Source: Chiloscyllium plagiosum
Taxonomy: Eukaryota
Reading direction: 5' to 3'
DNA: 64,000 nucleotides
Assembly (NCBI RefSeq): GCF_004010195.1
Contig: NC_057752.1
Location: 98,956 to 162,955, forward strand
Under the pieces are notes generated by a model, which worked only from the letters and a program-made list of their open reading frames with translations, made no database searches and had not been told where the DNA came from. Of the stretch, positions 52,606-64,000 are shown piece after piece; position 1 is the first letter of the stretch, and every line of letters begins with the position of its first letter. The position numbers and the translations under genes are program-made.

Positions 52606-54139
52606 TTTTCCATCATCAAGATTAGGCTTGAATAAGCATTATGGTTATGCAATTAAAATACCTTTCAAAAGAATTTTAAAATTATTTACCCACTTCCCTT
52701 TTAAAAGTTACTATAGATTCTGCTTTCTTCACTGTTTCTGGATGAGCTTCCCACATTCTCAAAATATTAAGCATCAAAAACAAATCCCCTTTCTTCTCCC
52801 TTTTTTTTGCTGACAATCTTTAGCCTATGTTCTCTCATAACTGACTCACCAACCAATGGGGATAATTTGTTTTTCCCATTTACCTTATTAAAGGCCCTTA
52901 CAACTTCGATTGCATATTTGTCATAAACCTTTGAACCTAAGTCTGATGTGATAATTGTTCAAACCCAAAGCAGCAGCAGTCTAAACACAGCCGAGGGTCA
53001 CTTGTAAACCCTTTCCTTCACATATAGGCATTTGGGTGATCTCAGTCAGAATATTCCTACACACAAGGCTCATTTATTAATTGTGTGTACTCTGATACAT
53101 GTAGATTATCAGGGAATTCCACTGTTCAGTAATGCTTCACAATATTTGAAGTAATTAATCACGATTTCTGTTCCTGGTCATTATTTAGCTACCCTGGCTG
53201 TGTGGACCTGATTGGGAGGGTGTGACCTCATGTTCTGACTAGATTATTAGTTCAAGCCTATAATAACAACAAAATATTGCAGATGCTGGAAATCTGAAAT
53301 AACACAGGAAGTGCTGGAGAAATTTAGCAGGTCTGGCAGCATCTGTGGAGAGAGAAACAGAGTTAACATCTGAAGTCCAACATGACTTTTCTTCAGAACT
53401 TCAGCCTACTAGCCCAGTAAGGTAATCACTACATTACCATTCTCGTGACTGAAATTCTAACATAAGTTAAAAGGGGTTTGGAAATGTATTTGTAAAACCA
53501 TATAAATGATGGGGGAATTGGGATCAGAGTAGACAGATTCATCTGAAGAACTAGCACTGGAATAAGTGTGAAGGGGGCAAATTACTTCTCTATAATTCCC
53601 AGCTCCAAATTTCTACCTCCAGTTTAATAGTTTCTCTGCATAACAAAATCAAAGATGAGCATTTCTTCATGTATAATCGAACAAATCAGTCCTAGCTTTT
53701 CCTTTGAGAGAAATTGGTTCAAATCCCACCATGGCAAATGGAGAAATTTGAATTCAATAAAAAATGTGGAACAGAGAGCTGACCTAATGGTGACCATGTA
53801 ACAACTATCAATTGTCATAAAAAAACATCTGGGTCCGCTAATGTCCTATAGGGAAGGAAGTCTGCTGTCCTCACCTGGTCTGACTTACATGTGACTCTAG
53901 ATCCACTGAAATGCAGTTGACTCTTAACTGCCCTGTAGGCAACTCAGAACAGCCGAGCCAACAACATCCAGATGACGTGAATAAATATTTTGAAAAATTA
54001 ACACGTGTGGAAAATTATTCACTACCAGAGATACCAGAAACTTAACTTTCAATCTAGGGTAATAACTTCCCAGATCCCAACTGTTGGTTATGTGACACAA
54101 CCTTCAAATATAAATGTCCACGAGGCTTCATCTGGAGGC

Positions 54140-54179
54140 TCACTGATGATGTTACCTAGTATGGTGATGAAACATCTGA
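54140..54179 (+). ncRNA. Minimal hammerhead motif (family B relative, in PLE fragment ~54050-54256)
   Basis: TCA CTGATGA T GTTACC-TAGTAT-GGTGAT GAAA CA TC TGA; stem I TCA/TGA covaries with GCA/TGC of the 50.2-kb copy. Confidence 0.65.
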
Positions 54180-55654
54180 AAAACAAACCTTCCAGCTCAG
54201 TGAGCAAACCTACATCCAGAACCTCAACCTGAGCTACAAATCTTCTCAAAACTCGCTATGTCCTAATTGGGTTATGCCAAGTTCAATGCCCAGTTAGCAG
54301 CACTGAGTTCTACCTGCAAAGCACTAAGCTTAAAGGGAGACGGCAGCCATGATGATGCCTGCCTGCTGCTATCTTGCAGAGAACAGGAGGCAACACACTG
54401 GAGAGCAAGTAGTTTCACCATACACAAAATTAGCCAAATGGCCAACTGAGCAGCATTGCAAGAAAACAAAATCCCTTATGGTAAAAATGTTTCATCACAA
54501 AAGAAAACTTAATTGGTCCCAACACTGAAACTGACAGCTATACACCAACATGCAATAGACTGTTCAACTTTAGAAAAATATAAGAAAAATATAGACTGTT
54601 CAATTTTACCAATCTGCAATTCAAAAATCATCTTCCAGCCCATTAACAAGCTCACCATGGAGCTTCTATGCCATTAGTTGGAGGCAAGTGCATTCCCAAC
54701 TTCTCCTACCTCCATCATTTTCAAAATTCCAACATGTCCAGAAGTGTTGGAATTTTGCCATGCCATCCAGGTGTGCTTTTCAAAGTGCACTCACATCAAT
54801 CTTACCTGATGGACAATTGAGAATCCTGGCCCAATGCTTTCAATGTGTTAGGGTATCTTCTTGCAAAACTGTGGTATGTGAGGAGCAAACTTGGATTTCC
54901 ATGATAAGTGTAGAAATTTGTGGGATTATCCTGGGCTGTCAAATTGTGACAAATTTCAAATGACGAGAAGCCTGATCCTCAGTTCATAGAGCTGAGCTAA
55001 TTCCTTATATTTTTATCATTTGTTCATGAGATGTGAGCATCATTGGCAAGTTCAGCATTTATTGCACACCACTAATTGCCCTTGAGAAGTTGGCGAGCCC
55101 CTTCTTTAACCACTGGAGTCCGCATGGTGTATGCGGACATTGTGGGTACAGTGTAGCATGGGCTAAAACATCACATTAATTATGTCATTTGGAAAATTGT
55201 GCATTTAGTCTTTACGTCAGAGAAAATAACTTTGTTGAGAGTTTAGTACAAAGGGGAATGAGCTCATTCATCAGCATGGCCTCTTTATCGTATTATTGAA
55301 ATTTATTTCCAGCTAACTCAGTGTTAGCAACCACTTCCCCAAAAACTGGCCATGAATATTTGGTCAGATACAGCCCTTGTCTACTTTCTTATGTCCTTAA
55401 GTGTGTGGGAACCAGGAACCAACATATGCAATTTAAACTTCAATTTTTCTGTGATTAAAGAAAAGTGTGCAGAATCAAGAGGAATTTCCAGCTTATCAGG
55501 AAAATTATATTACTCTCCCCAATTAGCACTATTGGAAAGTGAATTGTATTGACACACATGTCATTTAAGGACAGAACTGAGCTCAGTTGTAGTTAGTTCT
55601 TTGTTTCAGATGAGATATTAAAATAAAGTCCTGTCTTCCCCCCCTCAGGTAATA

Positions 55655-55975
55655 TGGAGGTAGGTGATGGCCTAGTGTTATTATCACAAGCCAATTGATC
55701 CAGAGGCCCAGATAATGTTCTGGGGACCTGGGTTCAAATCCTACCATAGTGGAATTTGAATTCAATAATAATCTGGAAATAAGAGTCTAACGATGACCAT
55801 GAAACCATTGTCAGGAAAAACTCATCTTGTTACTAATGGCCTTTAGGGAAGGAACTCTGCAGGCCTCCATGTGACTCCAGACCCATAGCAACATGGTTGA
55901 CTCTTAACTGCCCTCTGGGCAAATAGAGATGGGCAATAAGTGCTGGTCCAGCCAGAGACATCCACGAATGAATTA
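55655..55975 (+). mobile_element. tRNA-derived SINE of another family (second copy ~53712-53985)
   Basis: TGGCCTAGTG A box, GGTTCAAATCC B box, shared body GGAATTTGAATTCAATAA..CTAATG..TAGGGAAGGAA..GTTGACTCTTAACTGCCCT. Confidence 0.7.
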
Positions 55976-56054
55976 TATTTTTAAAAATTAAGAAAAGCTG
56001 GAAATTTGTCCTCTCCTAAGGCCATACAGAAAGCATGAATACAGAATACAGAAA

Positions 56055-56940
56055 CTTAATAAGCTTGCAAATGACACCAGGATTGGTGGTAAAGTGAACC
56101 ATGAAGAAGGTTATCTACGATTACAAAGAAATCATGATCAATTGGGTCAATGGGCTGAAAAGTGGCAAATGGAGTTTAATTTGGATAAATGCAAGGTATT
56201 GCATTTTGGCAAAACAAACAAAGACAAGACTTCTACAACAAAAAGTAGGCCTTGGGCAGTGTTATAGAACAGAGAGACCTCGGGGTTCAGGTACAGAATT
56301 CTTTGAACTTTGCATCACATATAGATAGGATGGTTAAGAAGGTGTTGAGCATGCTTGCCTTCATTAGTCAGATCTTTGAGTATAAGAGTTGGGACACAAT
56401 GTTGAGGTTATATGGTACATTACTGAGACCGCTTTCAGAGTACTGTGTCCGGTTCTGGTCTTCATGTTATAGGAATGATGTTATTAAGCTGGAGAGGATT
56501 CAGAAGAGATTTACCAGGAATGGGGTGCTTGAGATATAAGGAGAGCCTGGGACTTTATTCACTGTAATGCAGGAGGTTCAAAGGTGATCTTATAGAGGTT
56601 TATAAAATCATAAGGGGTATGGATAAGGTGAGTGGCATGTGTCTTCTCCCTGGAGTGGGGGATTTTAAGACTGGGGGCATATTTTTAAGGTGAGAGGAGA
56701 AAGATTTAAAAAAGACATGGAGGCAATTTTTTTTACACAGAGAGTGGTTTGTGTCTGGAATGAACTTCCAGAGAAATGATGGATGCGGGTACATTTACAA
56801 CATTTGAAAGACATTTGGATAAGTACAGGAATAAGAAATGTTAGGAGGGATATGGGCCAAGTGCAGGCAGGTGGGATTATGGTCGGCATGGACTGGTTGG
56901 ACCAAAGGGTCTGTTCCCATGCTGTGTGACTCTATAACTA
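56055..56940 (+). mobile_element. CR1 3' fragment
   Basis: EQRDLGVQV..LRPLSEYCVRFWS..LERIQKRFTR; tail TGACTCTATAACT. Confidence 0.88.
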
Positions 56941-57679
56941 AATGACTCGATAACTAAATAGTCTCTTTGACTATTACTGCTCCTAGATCTTTAACTCACT
57001 AAAACCTCCTCAAGGGTGCTTCACAATAATGTAATCAGCCAATATTCGACACCAATTAAGCCACATGAGAATATATCATGATAAGTGACCAAAAGCTTGG
57101 TCAAAAACGACATTTTAAGGAGGATCTTGAGGCAAGAGAGAATGGTGTGGAGAGGTTTAAATAGAGAATTTCACAACTTAGGTCCCAGACAGTTGAAGGC
57201 TCAGCCATCAATGTATGGGGCAAGGGTACGGGTGATACACAAGAGGCCATAATTGGGGAACATAGAATTCATGGAATGTTGAATATTTAAAATATATGTA
57301 TCTATGTGTGCTGTTTGAGTATGTTTTTTTACCAGTCACACTGTAATCTACAAGATATTAGATCTCTATGGGCCAACCAGATGAGGCAACATTTGGTATG
57401 ACAATCAGAGAAACGATCTTACAATACATTGTAAATCTGAGTTAAACAAACTTAAAGGAAATTATCTGTTCTACCTAGAAGTTGTCAGATTACTAAGTTT
57501 AATTTTCAGAAGTTATACATAACAGATAATGTCCTGAAACATGTTACTCATGTTTTGTGGGTTGTCCAGAAAAGATATTGAACATCGATAGAAGAAGCAA
57601 GATAATACCACTCCTTTCTCTCGCTTACTAAATTTTCTCTGTTTCACATCACAGTCAGATGGCTTAAGCAGGACAGCAG

Positions 57680-57982
57680 GGCTGCACAGTGGCACAGTGG
57701 TTAGCACTGCTGCCTCACAGTACCAGGGACCCGGATTCCATTCAAGCCTTGGGTGATTGTCTCTGTGGAGTTTGCACATTCTCCCGTGTCTGCGTGGGTT
57801 TCCTCTGGGTGCTCCAGATATGTCCCACAGTCCAAAGATGTACAAGTTAGGGTAATTGCCATGCCAAACGTTGCCTTTTAGTGTCCAGTTTATGTGGGTT
57901 AGCCATGGTAGGTCTGGGTGGATACCCTTCAGAGGGTCAATGCAACCTCAATGGGCTCTTTCTGTACTGTAGGGATTCTATA
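57680..57982 (+). mobile_element. HE1-type V-SINE (older)
   Basis: tRNA-like head, V-domain, GGGATTCTAT tail. Confidence 0.85.
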
Positions 57983-60900
57983 AGCAATGGAACATAAGTG
58001 GAGAGCATTGAAGAGAGAAAATAAAGGTATTGAGAGAGAAAACTAAGAGAGGAAGAAAAAAGAGCTTCAAACAAGAGATAATAAGAATAAAAAACAGAAT
58101 TAATGAAAAGCACAAAAGAGAACGGAAGATCGTTAGAAAACCTTTTATCTTAATTCACTGGCAAAATGGAGATTAAAATGATGAGTATGAGCTAATACAT
58201 GTTTATGACTGAGGGGCATGAGTAGTGTCAAGTTCTGACCCGGTGACACTAGATTAATCAATATCACCCTTCTTGATCTAATTGAAGTAAGTGTGGACAA
58301 TTGCCAAGGAAGTTTGCGTTTGAGTTAAGCTTCATTAACTGCTGCTAACAATGTAAAAATGTCAATGTTTGTATCTTAAATAACTGATTTACCTAATCAT
58401 TGCTCATTCACATGCATATTTTGGTTTCAGATTTTAGCCTTAAATTTCTATCTCCTTTTTTCTTGTTCACAATTTTTGAACCATTCACTCCTTTCTCCTT
58501 CCCTTCCTGTTGCCCAGTTGTGACATCTTTCACTTCTCCCCTCTTCAGTCCCTTTAACTTCCAACCACACAGTCTGTCCCCAAAACTCCTCCTGACAAAC
58601 CCTACCTCATCACTACTCTTCAGCCATCCTATTCTCCTGCCACTTTCAAACATGACTTCCTCTTGGATAAACCCACAGTTCCTATTGTTACTCTCTTAAC
58701 ACTTGCGGAAGGGTCTATCAGTTGTCATCAATTCCTTTTTATGAGCAGCAATTCAAACTGTCCATTCCTCCTTTCTTGCTGACCTGTCCGCTTAGCATAT
58801 CTATTTAAAGGGGCAAAGTTAAAAATCCCACAACACCAGGCTATAGTCCAACAGGTTTATTTGGGAGTACTAGCTTTCAGAGGGCTGCTTCTTCATCAGG
58901 TAGCTTTGGAAGAGGATCATAAGACACAGAATTTAAAGCAAGTCAAAACAATGGCACTTTTAAAAGGGAGAAAAACAGACAAAAGGCAGTGAGAACATGG
59001 TCAATGAGGGTGAGTTAAAAAGAAACCAACACTGCTAACTGACACAGCAGTGAATCTGCACAGTTACTGCCTTTGTGTTTGAGTTCATATATTGCTGGAC
59101 GTCAGAATGCATCAAGGAAAAATTAACAAGCAGCGAAATTCACAGCTGACCTTGAAGGAACCTGTGTGGAAGAGCTCACAGCACAGGAACAAATAAGTAC
59201 ATAGCTTTTAATGTGTAACCTGGCTGTAAGTCTGCAGTAGTGAGTAGAGTGGGTTCTTTCTTGATTACGTGTTTTATTGAAATCTGTCTCTTGATTAAAT
59301 TTAAAAAATATAAACCATAAGTACTAAGTTAGCCTGGAGCACTGTTTTTTAGAGCAAAAAGACAGTGCTATTTTCTGGGTCTGTAGATTGGAAAGGATCA
59401 AAGATGGCCTTTAGTAACGTGATATGATCTTCTTGTCGGATGTGGGAGTTTAGGGAGAGTTTTCATGTTACTGATGATTATGTCTGCAGGAGGTGTCTTT
59501 GGTTGCGAGTCCTATCAGATCGCATGGATTGGTTGGAGCGACAGTTAGAAGAAATAAGGAGTTTACAAGAGCTAGGAGATGTGATAGATGGCAGTTATAG
59601 GAAGGGCAAAAAGCCACAGATACAGTGAGATAGATGGGTTATCTCTAGGAAAGGTAGGAAGGGTAGGCAGGTAGTGCAGGAGTTTTCTGTGTCTATTCCC
59701 ATTTCAAACAAGTATGCTGTTTTGGAAAATGGAGGGGGTTGATGGACTCTCAGAGGAATGTAGCACAATAATCCAAGTTTCTGGTATCGAGACTGGCTCT
59801 AATGTAATGAAGGGTACATTGGGATCCAAGCGATTGATTGTGATAGGGGACTCTCTAGTCAGAGGCACGGACAGACATTTCTGCAGCTAGCAGCGAAAAA
59901 TCAGAATGGTGTGTTGCCTCCCTGGTGCCAGGATCTAGGATGTCTCAGAGAGGGTGCAGAATGTTGTCAAAGGGGAGAGGACCAGCAGGAGGTCATTGTA
60001 CACATTAGAACCAACGACATAGGAAGGGAAAAGGATGAGATTCTGAAGGGAGAATATAGAAGGTTAGGCAGGAATTTAAAAAAGAGGTCCTTGGGGGTAG
60101 TAATATCTGGATTACTCTCAGTGCTACAAGTTAGTGAGGGTAGGAATAGGAGGATCTAGCAAATGAATGCGTGGCTGAGGAGCTGGTGCCGGGAGAAGGT
60201 TTCACATTTTTGGATCATTGGAATCTATTCTGGGGTAGAAGTGTCCTGTACAAGAAGGACGGATTGCACCTGAATTGGAAGGGGACTAATATACTAGCAG
60301 GGAGATTTGCTAGAGCTACTCGGAGGATTTAAACTAGTAAGGGGGGGGCGGGGGGGAGGAACCCAGGGAGATAGTGAGGAAAGAGGTCAATCTGAGACTG
60401 GTACAGGTGGGAAAGGGAATGAGTCAAACAGGGCAGGAAGGAACAAAGCAGAGAACAAGGTAGGACTGATAAATTAAACTGCACTTACTTCAATGCAAGA
60501 GGCCGAACAGCGAAGGCAGATGAACTCAGGGTATGGTTAGGAACATGGGGCTGGGATATCATAGCAATTACAGAAACATGGCTCAGGGATGGACAGAACT
60601 GGGAGCTTAATGTTCTCGGATAAAAATGCTATAGGAAGGATAGAAAGGGTGGCAAGAGAGGAGGGGGAGTGACGTTTTTGATAAGGGATAGCATTACTGC
60701 TGTACTTAGGGAGGATATTCCTGGGAATATATCCAGGGAAGTTATTTGAGTGGAACTGAGAAGTAAGAAAGGCCTTATTAGGATTGTATTCCTAATAGCA
60801 GGAAATTGAGAAACAAATTTGTAAGGAGATCTCAGTTATCTGTAAGAATATTAGGGTGATAATGGTCGGGGATCTTAACTTTCCAAACATAGACTGGGAC

Positions 60901-61114
60901 TGCCATAGTGTTAAGGGTTTAGATGGAGAGGAATTTGTTAAGTATGTACAAGAAAATTTTCTGATTCAGTATGTGAATGTACCTATGAGAGAAGGTGCAA
61001 AACTTGACCTACTCTTGGGAAATAAGGCAGGGCAGGTGACTGAGGTGTCAGTGGGGGAGCACTTTGGGGCCAGCAACCATAATTCTATTAGTTTTAAAAT
61101 AGTGATGAACAGGG

Positions 61115-61232
61115 TTAAAAATCACACAACACCAGGTTATAGTCCAACAGGTTTAATTGGAAGCACTAGCTTTCGGAGCGATGCTCCTTCATCAGGTGAT
61201 TGTGACAGTCCAACACCGGCATCTCCAAATCA
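61115..61232 (-). mobile_element. Third PLE-family short insertion with internal inversion, inside CR1 ORF2
   Basis: TSD TGATG(A/G)ACAGGG at 61103-61114 and 61233-61244; same family as 13295-13420, 40085-40362 and 58817-58941. Confidence 0.85.
61164..61198 (-). ncRNA. Minimal hammerhead motif (family C), intact
   Basis: Minus strand CAC CTGATGA A GGAGC-ATC-GCTCC GAAA GC TA GTG; stem I CAC/GTG, palindromic AGCT. Decayed copies at 13298-13332 (+), ~40238-40272 (+) and 58868-58902 (-). Confidence 0.75.
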
Positions 61233-63423
61233 TGATGGACAGGGATAGACAGGGTCTAAACGTTAAAGTTCTAAATTGGAGGAAGGCTAATTTTGACAGT
61301 ATTGCGCAAGAACTTTAAAAGCTGATTGGGGGCAGATGTTCGAATGTCTAGGGACAGCTGGAAAATGGGAAGCCTTCAAAAAATGAGATAACGAGAGTCC
61401 AGAGAAAGTATATTCCTGTTAGGGTGAAAGGAAAGGCTGATAGGTGTAGGGAATGCTGAATGACCAAAGAAATTGAGGGTTTGGTTCAGAAAAAGAAGGA
61501 AGCATATGTCAGGCATAGACAGGATAGATCGAGTGAATCCTTCGAAGAGTATAAAGGCAGTAGGAGTGCACTTAAGAGGGAAGTCAGGAGGGCAAAAAGG
61601 GGAAATGAGGCAGCTTTGGCAAATAGAGTTAAGGAGAATCCAAAGGGATTTTATAAATAAATTAAGGACAAAAGGGTAACTAGGGAGAGAATAGGGCTCC
61701 TCAAAGATCAGCAAAGTGGCCTTTGTGTGGAGATGGGGGAGATACTAAACAAGTACTTTGCATCAGTGTTTACTGTGGAGAAAGACAGGGAAGATATAGA
61801 ATGTGGGGAAATAGATGATGACATCTTGAAAAATGTTAATATTTCAGAGGAGGAGGTGCTGGATGTCTTGAAATGCATAAAAGTGGATGAATCCCCAGGA
61901 CCTGATCACATGTACCCTAGAACTCTGTGGGAAGCTGAGCCCCTTGATGAGATATTTGTATCACTGATAGTCATAGGTGAGGTGCCGGAAGACTGGAGGT
62001 TGGCTAACGTGGTGCCACTATTTAAGAAAGGTGGTAAGGATAAGCCAGGGAACTATAGACAAGTGAGCCTGATGTTGGTGGTGGGCAAGTTGTTGGAGGG
62101 AATCCTGAGGGACAGGATGTACATGTATTTGGAAGCACAAGGACTGATTAGGGATAATCACCATAGCTTTGTGCATGGGAAATCATATCTCACAAACTTG
62201 ATTGAGTTTTTTGAAGAAGTAAGAAGGAAGATTGATGAGGGCAGAGCAGTGGACGTGATCTATATGGATTTCAGTAAGGCATTAGACAAGATTCCCCATG
62301 GGAGACTGGTTAGCAAGGTTAGATCTCATGGAATACTGGGAGAACTAGCCATTTGGACACAGAACTGGCTCGAAGGTAGAAGACAGAGGGTGGTGGTGGA
62401 GGGTTGTTTTTCAAACTGGATGCCTGTGACCGGTGGTGTGCCACAAGGATTGATACTAGGTCCAATACTTTTCGTCATTTATATAAATGATTTGGATGTG
62501 AACATAGGATGTATAGTTAGTAAATTTGCAGATGACACCAACATTGGAGGTGTCGTTCACAGCGAAGAAGGTTATCTCAGAGTACAATGGGATCTTGATC
62601 TGATGGGCCAATGGGCTGAGAAGTGGCAGATGGAGTTTAATTTAGATAAATGTGAGGTGCTGCATTTTGGAAAAGCAAATCAGAGCAGGACGTATACACG
62701 TAATGGTAAGGTCCTAGGGAGTGTTGCTGAATAAAGAGACCTTGGAGTGCAGGTTCATAGTTCATTGAAAGTAGAGTCTCAGGTAGATAGGATAGTGAAG
62801 AAGGCGTTTGGCATGCTTTCCTTTATTGGTATTGAGTACAGGAGTTGGAAGTCATATTGCGGCTGTTCAGGAATTTGGTTAGGCCACTTGTGGAATATTG
62901 TGGAATTATTGTGGAATAGTTCTAGTCTATCCAATTGGAAAGATGTTATGAAACTTGAAATGATTCAGAAAAGATTTACAAGGACGTTGCCAGGGCTGGA
63001 GGATTTGAGCTATAGAGAGAGGCTGAATAGGCTGGGGCTGTTTTCCCTGGAGCATCGGAGGCTCAGGGGTGACCTTATAGAAGTTTATAAAATCATGAGG
63101 GGCATGGATAAGATAAATAGACAATGTCTTTTCCCTGGGGTGATGGAGTCCAGAGATAGAGGGCATAGGTTTAGAGTGAGAGGGGAAAGATATAAAAGGG
63201 ACCTAAGGGGCAACTTTTTCACACAGAGGGTGGTGAATGTCTGAAATGACCTGCCAGAGAAAGTGGTGAAGGCATCTGGATGGGTATATGAATAGGAAGG
63301 GTTTAGAGGGGTATGGGCCAAGTGCTGGCAAATATTAGGTTGGGATATCTGGTTGGCATGGATGAGTTGAACAGAAGGGTCTGTTTCCATGCTGTACATC
63401 TCTATATCTCTCTCTGACTCTAT

Positions 63424-64000
63424 TACACACACACATACACCCCCCCCCCCCCACACTCACACCAACGCACACACCCTCTCACAGGTGCATATTCCATCAC
63501 ACACACAGTTTACCAAGCATACACACATGGTAACACACACTTTCTCATGCGTACTGACACTCATGCACACACTCACTCTCTCTCTTTCTCATGCAGCCAC
63601 GCACACATATAAGTCTCTGGGGTGAATTTGCATTTGCAGAATTATATTTTCAGATACAATCTATTTTGCTCAAAAAGCACACAGTCTGCTGACAGTCAAT
63701 GCAGGCAGTCAATCCATGTAATATTTTATAAATTCCTACTTTGGAAATAGAACAAGTCTGACTCAAGATTGGGCTACAGACAGACTCTAACCACACACCT
63801 TTAATGCATTGTCTGTGCTGAGATGTCTCTTTTTTTAAATAAAACTTTAAGTTATCTCGAGAATGTGACTTAAAAGAAGTTCTGGGATTTACATATTAAT
63901 GAACCAAAACCTTCAACCCATTCTAAAAGATGAAAGACTTTACAGCAATCTACGTTTGTTCAATATATCTCTTCAGTTGCATGACACTGTAATCTTTTGC
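63424..64000 (+). mobile_element. PLE 3' region (CA-rich tract plus terminal repeat), continues past the window
   Basis: 63890-64000 aligns with 40090-40205; CA-rich low-complexity tract at 63424-63610. Confidence 0.7.

Larger units (their letters stand above)
58945..63423 (+). mobile_element. Nearly full-length, inactivated CR1-clade LINE (ORF1 Zn-finger/esterase; ORF2 APE-RT)
   Basis: ORF1 from ATG 59404 (SSCRMWE...YVCRRC, IVIGDSLVRGTD, HIRTNDIG, DGLHLN). ORF2 motifs YFNAR, DIIAITETWL, GDLNFPNIDW; RT ORF 61727-62734 (GVPQG, KFADDT); short repeat tail ~63400-63423. Several stops and frameshifts. Confidence 0.92.

Noticed and set aside
54272..54469. Minus-strand ORF with a signal-peptide-like hydrophobic stretch
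   Set aside because: Short, non-ATG start, no recognisable family and no coherent partner exons.
54801..54870. Strong minus-strand donor CAG|GTAAGA with a possible upstream acceptor
   Set aside because: Isolated splice-like signals with no recognisable coding content; expected by chance in 64 kb.
61727..62734. 335-aa ORF as a host gene or active RT
   Set aside because: It is CR1 ORF2, bounded by stops and frameshifts, and the element is interrupted by an insertion.
36000..64000. IL23A-like cytokine gene, expected upstream of PAN2 from mammalian synteny
   Set aside because: I found no exon resembling IL-23 p19 in the non-repeat stretches I translated. A divergent exon could be missed; TBLASTN would decide.

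Overview
Eukaryotic, repeat-rich DNA from a cartilaginous fish (shark), judged by HE1-type V-SINEs, Deu-domain SINEs and shark-type CR1 LINEs. One protein-coding gene is recognisable: the 5' part of PAN2 (catalytic subunit of the PAN2-PAN3 deadenylase) on the minus strand. It has eight coding exons between 33174 and 10335, all GT-AG with consistent phases, encoding the WD40 domain and linker; the rest lies beyond the left edge. A candidate 45-nt 5'UTR exon (34226-34270) and an AT-rich but CpG-undepleted island (~35.2-36.0 kb, possible promoter) lie upstream. Most other sequence is decayed, often nested retroelements: CR1 LINEs (one nearly full length at ~58.9-63.4 kb), L2 fragments, SINEs and many Penelope-like element (PLE) pieces. 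The most notable non-gene signal is that several PLE families carry minimal hammerhead-ribozyme cores (CTGAnGA-hairpin-GAAAnnTH). Many are inserted as TSD-flanked fold-back palindromes whose junction lies at or next to the ribozyme. The PLE-hammerhead link is known biology; the junction pattern is my observation. Most ORF-track entries are LINE/SINE/PLE debris. All repeat names come from recognition, not database searches, and repeat boundaries are approximate.
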